The translations under genes were made by a program, and so were the position numbers. The notes below the pieces were generated by a model. The model was not told the DNA's origin, made no database searches, and saw nothing but the letters and a program-made list of their open reading frames with translations. Shown here in pieces: positions 1 through 6,066 of a stretch of 64,000 nucleotides of DNA (within the stretch, counting starts at the first letter, position 1; every line of letters begins with the position of its first letter). Source of the stretch: Christensenellaceae bacterium (GTDB taxonomy: Bacteria > Bacillota > Clostridia > Christensenellales > Borkfalkiaceae); NCBI GenBank assembly GCA_045637285.1, contig JAZTZE010000010.1, positions 9,249-73,248 on the forward strand, read 5' to 3'.

Positions 1-1465
1 TTGGAGCGTGGAATAAGTACAGCTCGCCGCGGTAAAGGATAAAATCTCCCCTTGATTGACAATCTTCAATTTCCACACTCGTTTCCCACTTTTTCGTTTT
101 GATATCGTATGCCGTTAAAAATCCGCAAGGGTTAGTGTCCTGCTGACGCACGAAATAATAGACCTTATCCCCAAACACATACGTTGCATTTTCCCATTTG
201 GAGTCATTAATATAATCGGGCTGGGAAACATATTCCCACGTGATAAGATCACTGCTTTTAATAATACAGGTAAAGTCGCCGCTATATAGTCCGGAATAGC
301 AATAGCGCACACCGTTTTCTACACGGTAGGACTGCTTTTGCATAATTCCAATATCGGAATACATCTTTTTGCAGGGAATGCCGTTCTCGGCAAGAGCAGA
401 TTTGATACCGCTTGCAGAAAGATCATTTACAATCTCGCTCACCTTAAATCTGTTTACACCAATCTCGCCCAAAGTCTTTGTTGTAACATAAAACGGACAA
501 TAAAAGCGATAATAGTTTTCTTCCGTACGCGCGGTCCACAGTATGTAAAGTGTATCCTCGTCCTTTTGCATGAGGATCGTATCGTAAACCATATCAATGG
601 TTTTGTCGCCGACCTTGTCACCGGTGGTCTGCAAATCAATATAGATTTTATTGTTTGTATCATTAATAGGAGCATAAACCAGTCTTGCCGTTTGATTTTT
701 AGGATCCTCGGAAGGCTCTTTTGTGTTGGCATAATACGTCATATAAACCGTATCACCGACCACGATAAAGGTGGACACATGCGCCATTTTATCTTCGGGC
801 TTTTCAAAATCAGACACAAAACATTCCGTGATTTCCGCAGAAAATTTTTCTCCTTTTTCCCGTGCCTCGGCGGATATATCCGAGTGGATGGTGCGTGCAA
901 CGTCTTTGATGGGAGCACCCTCTGTGATCTTTAGCTCTTTGACGGTGGGAAAATCTTTCTTAAAAACATTCATCTTCTTTTTTCTCCTGACAAAAAATAA
1001 TAGTATGGAAAGAATGGCAATCGACTCGTTAAAAATTCCTATATATGAGCCGACGAATATATTATATGTGAGAAATGCACCTGAAACGGGGATTGATATG
1101 CATTTCGTAAGCTTGGGATTTTTAATCCATAGTGAAACGGTAACGAACACCGATGCTGTAATCGGTAAAACGTCGTACCACACGTCAAAGGATATAATTC
1201 CCAATGTAAAATTAGTCAGAATAAAAAGGTAAGGCCAGACTACGCTACTCGCAAATTTACGTCGCCCTCGGTTGATAAAAATAATTTCCCGAAAAATTCC
1301 GACGAAGTTCGGAATCGTACCTGCCATCGCGCCAAGGCAAATATAATGAGCTGCCCAAAACACGTCTGCACATAGTTTATATATCAAAATTCCGCTTCGA
1401 CTCTTTTTTTGATGAGAAATAAAAAGCGAAAGCATTGCCCCAATTCCCAAAAGCCACACTAACAT
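1..1465 (-). CDS. Partial ORF running off the window. N-terminal YgjV-like multi-TM domain (164 aa) is continuous in frame with a >=324 aa BNR/Asp-box beta-propeller-like soluble domain
   Basis: Hand translation from ATG 1465..1463 gives MLVWLLGIGAMLSLFISH... with several hydrophobic helices, then ...LLFFVRRKKK-MNVFKKDFPTVKELKITEG.... No stop codon between 1465 and 1, which is why it is absent from the ORF track. Asp-box-like SSDLITW. Internal ATG at 973 is preceded by AGGAG. Confidence 0.6.
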   Translation of the reverse strand, partial: MLVWLLGIGAMLSLFISHQKKSRSGILIYKLCADVFWAAHYICLGAMAGTIPNFVGIFREIIFINRGRRKFASSVVWPYLFILTNFTLGIISFDVWYDVLPITASVFVTVSLWIKNPKLTKCISIPVSGAFLTYNIFVGSYIGIFNESIAILSILLFFVRRKKKMNVFKKDFPTVKELKITEGAPIKDVARTIHSDISAEAREKGEKFSAEITECFVSDFEKPEDKMAHVSTFIVVGDTVYMTYYANTKEPSEDPKNQTARLVYAPINDTNNKIYIDLQTTGDKVGDKTIDMVYDTILMQKDEDTLYILWTARTEENYYRFYCPFYVTTKTLGEIGVNRFKVSEIVNDLSASGIKSALAENGIPCKKMYSDIGIMQKQSYRVENGVRYCYSGLYSGDFTCIIKSSDLITWEYVSQPDYINDSKWENATYVFGDKVYYFVRQQDTNPCGFLTAYDIKTKKWETSVEIEDCQSRGDFILYRGELYLFHAP

Positions 1466-1479
1466 ATCAGTTGCTCCTC

Positions 1480-1508
1480 TTGACAGACTTTGATTGTTGC
1501 GATATAAT
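1480..1508 (+). promoter_or_regulatory. Consensus sigma-A type promoter TTGACA-17-TATAAT upstream of the AraC-family gene
   Basis: TTGACA at 1480-1485, 17-nt spacer, TATAAT at 1503-1508. GGGAGAAAG RBS lies before ATG 1583. Confidence 0.6.
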
Positions 1509-1582
1509 TATATTATAGATTTTTATATATTTCAATCCTTTATCTTGGGAGTTTTTAACACTATATTGGGAGAAAGTGCGAT

Positions 1583-2389
1583 ATGAATCTGCGTCATGAG
1601 GAATATACCGATGCGTCGGGACAGGCCCCTTTTATATTAAATGATAACATTAAACGAACTGCTCACTTGTGTAGTGAAAGTCAAAATTGGCATGAAAACA
1701 TTGAAATCCAATTCTGCAAGGAAGGAGAGGGTGGGGTTCTGATCGACGGAAAGTGCCATGCGTTTTCAAAGGGCAGTATTGCGTTAATCGACTCCAATGC
1801 CGTTCACTACACCTTTACTAAAACAACCATGGTTTATTCTTGTATTATCGTAAGTACCTATTTTTGTAAGCAAATGGGGATTGATTATCAGAGCCTTTCG
1901 TTTGTGCCATTGGTGCAAAATGAGAGATTGTCCAGCCTTTTTGAAGAAATTTGTGATGTATACCAAAAAGAGAGTCCCATTCGTGTTGCGCGACTTAGTA
2001 ATCTACTTCTTTCCATGCTTATTTTGATTGTGGACGATTATTCGTCGATCAAGTGTTCGGCCGGTATGGAGCAAAAAGAGTTAGCGATCGTGAAAAAAGT
2101 TCTTTTGTATATCCGCGAAAATTACCATACAAAAATCACGCTTAATTCCATTGCCGAACACATGCTGATGGACAAATATACGTTGTGTAAGATATTCAAA
2201 GCCAATACAGGACAAACAATTTTTGAAAACATCAACGCCTATCGGTGTATGAGGGCCGCGGAATATATTGCAAGCGGAAAGAATGTTTGTGAGTCGGCAA
2301 ATCTATGCGGCTTTGAGAATAATTCATTTTTTACTAAAACATTCAAACGGTATATGGGTATCTTGCCGTCAAAGCTCATTGCTAAATGA
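1583..2389 (+). CDS. AraC family transcriptional regulator
   Basis: 268 aa. Cupin-like N-terminal half and a C-terminal dual HTH typical of AraC/XylS (…YIRENYHTKITLNSIAEHMLMDKYTLCKIFK…GFENNSFFTKTFKRYMG). Confidence 0.85.
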   Translation: MNLRHEEYTDASGQAPFILNDNIKRTAHLCSESQNWHENIEIQFCKEGEGGVLIDGKCHAFSKGSIALIDSNAVHYTFTKTTMVYSCIIVSTYFCKQMGIDYQSLSFVPLVQNERLSSLFEEICDVYQKESPIRVARLSNLLLSMLILIVDDYSSIKCSAGMEQKELAIVKKVLLYIRENYHTKITLNSIAEHMLMDKYTLCKIFKANTGQTIFENINAYRCMRAAEYIASGKNVCESANLCGFENNSFFTKTFKRYMGILPSKLIAK

Positions 2390-2469
2390 TGAATAAGCCA
2401 TCAGGAAAGGATTGATTTTCTTTGGCTTTTCGCATTTGCGACAACAAATGCAGTGCTTGTCAAGAAAAT

Positions 2470-2505
2470 AGGGCAGAGAACGTAAAACATTCTCTGCCCT
2501 ATTGT
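2470..2505. terminator. Hairpin between the convergent AraC and TetR genes (bidirectional terminator candidate)
   Basis: AGGGCAGAGAA-N9-TTCTCTGCCCT perfect 11-bp stem with T/A-rich flanks. Confidence 0.6.
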
Positions 2506-2545
2506 TGTCTGTAGGTAATGTATTATTTTTTGTCTTAAATTTTGT

Positions 2546-3145
2546 TTATTTAAAAAGTTTTATTAAAACGTCGGTTACCATATCTCTCATAACGAAGTAA
2601 TCAATATAATCGTGTTTGTCGTATATATATTCGTGTGAGAACGATTGGATTATATCCATAGCAAAATGGATTTTTTCCATAGCGTTTTCAATATTTTCGC
2701 CAAGGCTTTTAAGCTTGTCGGCAATTTTAACGGTAATAGCGTCTTCCAAAGCGATAAATTGTGCTTCTACAGCTTCGTCCGTGCTACTTAAAGAGTGTAA
2801 AACTTCGTGCATCTTTGCGTTTTTCTTGTGCGTTTTTATGGTAAGGTCAATAACGTTTGGAATAAGTTCACAGTAGTTTACAGGGGCAGAAAGTTTATCA
2901 AACATCTTTAATATGGGTTCAAAAACTTTGTTAATATAAATTTCTAAAACACATATTAAAATGTCGCGTTTGTCTTGAAAATAGCCGTAAACGATGCCAG
3001 TGGAAACCCCTGCGCGCTTGGCAATTTCTGCCGTGTTCGTGCCGTAATATCCAACTTCGGAAAAAAGCTGATATCCGGCTTCGATAATTTTGTTTTTCTT
3101 TTCTATTGACCGTTCTTGTCTCGGTTCGCGAACGCTGTTTTTCAT
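2546..3145 (-). CDS. TetR/AcrR family transcriptional regulator
   Basis: 199 aa. N-terminal HTH IIEAGYQLFSEVGYYGTNTAEIAKRAGVSTGIVYGYF is typical of TetR_N. Confidence 0.9.
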   Translation of the reverse strand: MKNSVREPRQERSIEKKNKIIEAGYQLFSEVGYYGTNTAEIAKRAGVSTGIVYGYFQDKRDILICVLEIYINKVFEPILKMFDKLSAPVNYCELIPNVIDLTIKTHKKNAKMHEVLHSLSSTDEAVEAQFIALEDAITVKIADKLKSLGENIENAMEKIHFAMDIIQSFSHEYIYDKHDYIDYFVMRDMVTDVLIKLFK

Positions 3146-3151
3146 ATCTAT

Positions 3152-3180
3152 ATTATATAATAAGTCGAGAGCAGTGTCAA
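3152..3180 (-). promoter_or_regulatory. Consensus promoter TTGACA-17-TATAAT whose -10 ends 6 nt before the tetR ATG (leaderless mRNA candidate)
   Basis: Minus strand reads cccTTGACActgctctcgacttattaTATAATatagatATG. No Shine-Dalgarno is possible in that space. Confidence 0.55.
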
Positions 3181-3191
3181 GGGAAATAATA

Positions 3192-3205
3192 TGAAAAAAG
3201 TTTCA
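3192..3205. promoter_or_regulatory. Operator-like palindrome TGAAA-N4-TTTCA, copy 1
   Basis: TGAAAaaagTTTCA in the tetR-feoA divergent intergenic region. Confidence 0.45.
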
Positions 3206-3221
3206 CAATTTATAAAAAAGT

Positions 3222-3235
3222 TGAAATTTGTTTCA
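3222..3235. promoter_or_regulatory. Operator-like palindrome TGAAA-N4-TTTCA, copy 2
   Basis: TGAAATTTGTTTCA, identical to copy 3. Ends 8 nt upstream of the feoA -35. Confidence 0.5.
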
Positions 3236-3243
3236 TGTTTTAC

Positions 3244-3272
3244 TTGACAATATTTAACGCGAATGATAATAT
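3244..3272 (+). promoter_or_regulatory. Putative feoAB promoter (TTGACA-17-TAATAT)
   Basis: TTGACA at 3244-3249 and TAATAT at 3267-3272, preceded by TGA. Confidence 0.5.
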
Positions 3273-3284
3273 ATTAACGAAATC

Positions 3285-3298
3285 TGAAATTTGTTTCA
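3285..3298. promoter_or_regulatory. Operator-like palindrome TGAAA-N4-TTTCA, copy 3
   Basis: TGAAATTTGTTTCA begins 12 nt downstream of the feoA -10, a position suited to repression. Confidence 0.5.
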
Positions 3299-3312
3299 CA
3301 TTAGGAGACTTT

Positions 3313-3552
3313 ATGATAAAAACTTTAGATAAATTTTCCATAGGCGAAAGCGGAGTAGTCGTTGCCGTTTCTGGAGAAAGAAGAATAAAAAGAAGGCTTT
3401 ACGATATGGGCATAACAAACGGTGCGGAAATTTATTTAAGAAAGAAAGCACCGCTTGGCGATCCGATTGAAGTGACGGTTAGGAGTTATGAACTTTCACT
3501 TAGGAAAAGCGAAGCAAGTTGCATAACGTTGGAGGTGACGATTAATGCTTAA
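3313..3552 (+). CDS. feoA: Ferrous iron transport protein A (FeoA)
   Basis: MIKTLDKFSIGESGVVVAV...RRLYDMGITNGAEIYLRKKAPLGDPIEV is an SH3-like FeoA domain. AGGAG RBS at 3302. The ORF-track start at 3235 lies in the promoter. Confidence 0.85.
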   Translation: MIKTLDKFSIGESGVVVAVSGERRIKRRLYDMGITNGAEIYLRKKAPLGDPIEVTVRSYELSLRKSEASCITLEVTINA

Positions 3553-5791
3553 ATTTGCTTTAGCGGGAAATCCTAACAGTGGAAAAACGACGTTGTTTAA
3601 CGGGTTGACTGGGTCAACGGCGCACGTTGGCAACTGGCCGGGCGTTACCGTAGACAAAAAGGAAGGGGTGTATAAAAAAGGGGCAGAACCGATTGCTATA
3701 ATAGACTTGCCCGGAATATATTCGTTATCGCCATATACGCCAGAAGAAATTATCGCCCGTAATTACATTTTAGACGAAAAACCTGATTGCGTTATCAACA
3801 TTATAGATGCAACCAATTTAGAGCGAAACTTATACTTAACCACGCAAATAATGGAAATAGACGTTCCCGTCGTATTAGCACTTAATATGATGGATGCGGT
3901 TGAAAAGCGTGGGGATAGGATTGACGCAAACGAGCTTGAAAAAAGATTAGGCGTTCCAGTAGTAAAGATATCCGCGTTGAAGAGCGAAGGGCTTGAAAAA
4001 CTTATGGAGCGAGCTTACGAAACGAGCAAGATAAAGCGTTGTGGAAAAACGGTTATAGAAGATCAATCGCTAAAACACCTTATAGGCGATATAAAGATAG
4101 CACTCGAAGGGCAAGGCGTGTTAAATCCAACCTTTCACGCTGTTAAACTTGCCGAGCTTGACGAAGTTGAAGTGCTTATGCATAAAGACACCGTAAATAT
4201 GGTGGAAGCGTTCAAAAAAACTCATAAAGACGATATTTTTGGCGACGATTTTGAAGCGTTAGTTGCTGATGCACGGTATAAATATATAACCAAATATTTT
4301 TCGCCTGCATTAAAAAGGAAAAATAAAGATAAATTTGTTGTAACCCCATCGGATAAAGCAGACAAAATATTAACTCACAGAATTTGGGGCATTCCTATTT
4401 TCTTAGGCATATTGTTCTTAATTTTTCACTTAACTTTTTCAGAAAATTTGTTCTATTTAGGCGGGCTTTTCCCTGAGGGGTGGGTGTCGCTTGAAGGCAC
4501 TGCTTTTGAAGGCGTGTTCGGTGCAGGTGGAATAAACTCCCCAGGTGTAATGCTAATGGGTTTAGTTGAAGTGCTGACCGGATATTTAACTGAACTTGTT
4601 GCAGGCATGCTTAGCACTTCACCCGCGTGGGTTTCAGGCTTGATATGCGACGGCGTTTTAGGTGGAATATTTGCAATACTTGGATTTTTGCCACAAATAC
4701 TTGTGCTTTTCTTGTTCTTCTCAATTTTAGAAGATAGCGGTTATATGGCGCGCATCGCGTTTATATTGGATAGAGCATTAAGAAAATTCGGTCTTTCAGG
4801 CAGAGCATTTTTGCCAATGATAATGGGTTTTGGCTGTTCAGTTCCCGCAATGATAAACACTCGAACGCTTGCAGATGAAAAGGAAAAACTTGCAACTATA
4901 AGGGTGATTCCCTTTTTCAGTTGTGGGGCAAAATTGCCTATACTTACAGCGGTGTCAGGTGCAATAGTAATGCATTTTGGCGTTGGAAACGTTGACGTTA
5001 TAACTTACGGAATGTATGTTATCGGAATGATAACAGCAATAATAAGTGTTGTTATAATGAGAAACACTTCACTTAAAGGCGCAACGCCACCGTTTATAAT
5101 GGAACTTCCTGCATATCATGCTCCACAATTTAGAAATTTAATGTTGCTTTTGTGGGATAAAGCAAAACACTTTATCAAAAAAGCATTTACCATAATTCTC
5201 GCATCAACGATAGTAATTTGGGTGATAAGCCACTTCAGTTTTTCGTGGCAATATTTGCCTGACGACCAAATGGAAAACAGTATCTTAGCGGGAATAGGGC
5301 AACTTATTCAGCCATTGTTTACACCAATGGGCTTTGGTAGTCAATTAAACTCTATGGGGTGGGTTTTTGCGGTTGCTGCAATAACCGGATTAATAGCAAA
5401 AGAGAACGTGGTTTCAACACTTGGAACGCTTGCCGCTTGCGTTGTATCGGGCGCACTTGTTGACGTTGATGCTGACGGCGGTGTGGGTGCAGTTGCAATA
5501 ATGATACAGGGCACGGGCATAACGCTTCCCGCATTACTTGCGTTTATCGCATTCAATATGACAACTATTCCGTGTTTTGCGGCTGTCGCGGCAACTAAGG
5601 GTGAAATGGTTAAAAAAACCACGTTTAATTGGACGTTGGCTTTTTGGGTTGTTACGTCTTACATAGTTTCGTCTATAATCTATTTGGTCGGTTCTTGTTT
5701 GTGGACGTTGCCCATCGTAATAGCGTTGATAGTATTAGCGTTCTTTTGCGTGTCGCTATACGGTAAAAGACACTCTGTAAAGGATAATTAA
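3545..5791 (+). CDS. feoB: Ferrous iron transporter FeoB (GTPase plus permease)
   Basis: 748 aa. G1 motif GNPNSGKTTLFN, DLPGIYSL, NMMD, then a polytopic membrane domain. Start overlaps feoA. Confidence 0.95.
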   Translation: MLKFALAGNPNSGKTTLFNGLTGSTAHVGNWPGVTVDKKEGVYKKGAEPIAIIDLPGIYSLSPYTPEEIIARNYILDEKPDCVINIIDATNLERNLYLTTQIMEIDVPVVLALNMMDAVEKRGDRIDANELEKRLGVPVVKISALKSEGLEKLMERAYETSKIKRCGKTVIEDQSLKHLIGDIKIALEGQGVLNPTFHAVKLAELDEVEVLMHKDTVNMVEAFKKTHKDDIFGDDFEALVADARYKYITKYFSPALKRKNKDKFVVTPSDKADKILTHRIWGIPIFLGILFLIFHLTFSENLFYLGGLFPEGWVSLEGTAFEGVFGAGGINSPGVMLMGLVEVLTGYLTELVAGMLSTSPAWVSGLICDGVLGGIFAILGFLPQILVLFLFFSILEDSGYMARIAFILDRALRKFGLSGRAFLPMIMGFGCSVPAMINTRTLADEKEKLATIRVIPFFSCGAKLPILTAVSGAIVMHFGVGNVDVITYGMYVIGMITAIISVVIMRNTSLKGATPPFIMELPAYHAPQFRNLMLLLWDKAKHFIKKAFTIILASTIVIWVISHFSFSWQYLPDDQMENSILAGIGQLIQPLFTPMGFGSQLNSMGWVFAVAAITGLIAKENVVSTLGTLAACVVSGALVDVDADGGVGAVAIMIQGTGITLPALLAFIAFNMTTIPCFAAVAATKGEMVKKTTFNWTLAFWVVTSYIVSSIIYLVGSCLWTLPIVIALIVLAFFCVSLYGKRHSVKDN

Positions 5792-5792
5792 A

Positions 5793-5969
5793 ATGGAACC
5801 TATAGAAATAATAGTTATAATTGCCTGCGTGTTAATAGTAGGTGGAGTGATTGTTACTTCAATATTAAATAAAAAGAAAGGAAAGAATTCTTGTGGGTGT
5901 AGTTGTTCAGGTTGTTCGAGCTACGCGAATTGCAAGAATAAAACCAAAAAAGATAACACACGAGTGTAA
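5793..5969 (+). CDS. FeoB-associated Cys-rich small membrane protein (58 aa, below the ORF-track cutoff)
   Basis: Hand translation gives MEPIEIIVIIACVLIVGGVIVTSILNKKKGKNSCGCSCSGCSSYANCKNKTKKDNTRV: one TM helix plus a CGCSCSGC cluster, starting 2 nt after the feoB stop. Confidence 0.7.
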   Translation: MEPIEIIVIIACVLIVGGVIVTSILNKKKGKNSCGCSCSGCSSYANCKNKTKKDNTRV

Positions 5970-5983
5970 TAGATTTTCCTAAA

Positions 5984-6024
5984 AATATCCGTCCATACTT
6001 TTGTTGTGGGCGGATATTTATTTA
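5984..6024 (+). terminator. Intrinsic terminator after the feo operon
   Basis: AATATCCGTCCA...TGGGCGGATATT stem followed by a T-rich tract. Confidence 0.55.
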
Positions 6025-6066
6025 CAATTTTGTTTAAATTGTGATATACTTTATTCAGGTGAAAGT

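Noticed and set aside
338-1232. Plus-strand ORFs 338-934 and 771-1232 (and the minus-strand ORFs 115-312 and 454-732)
   Set aside because: They are antisense to, or out of frame with, the long uninterrupted minus-strand frame 1-1465. That frame has recognisable membrane and propeller-like features, and their own sequences are low-complexity.
3260-3282. Possible Fur box at the feoA promoter (AATGATAATATATTAAC)
   Set aside because: Only one half resembles the TGATAAT-N-ATTATCA consensus, and the second arm is not complementary. The three TGAAA-N4-TTTCA palindromes are much stronger candidates.
3235-3312. Extended N-termini proposed by the ORF track (feoA 3235, copA 6001, HK 9697, RR 19884, rpsT 22094, trmB 36641, amidohydrolase 40938, phosphoesterase 51354, divIC-like 53552)
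   Set aside because: The extensions run through promoters or upstream genes, often begin at TTG/GTG, and lack an RBS. Internal ATGs with an SD sequence give proteins that start at the conserved N-termini.
6019-6050. CopY/CsoR-type operator at the copA promoter (TACA...TGTG)
   Set aside because: The spacing (TACA-N13-TGTG) does not fit the TACAnnTGTA cop box, and no copper-responsive regulator gene lies nearby.
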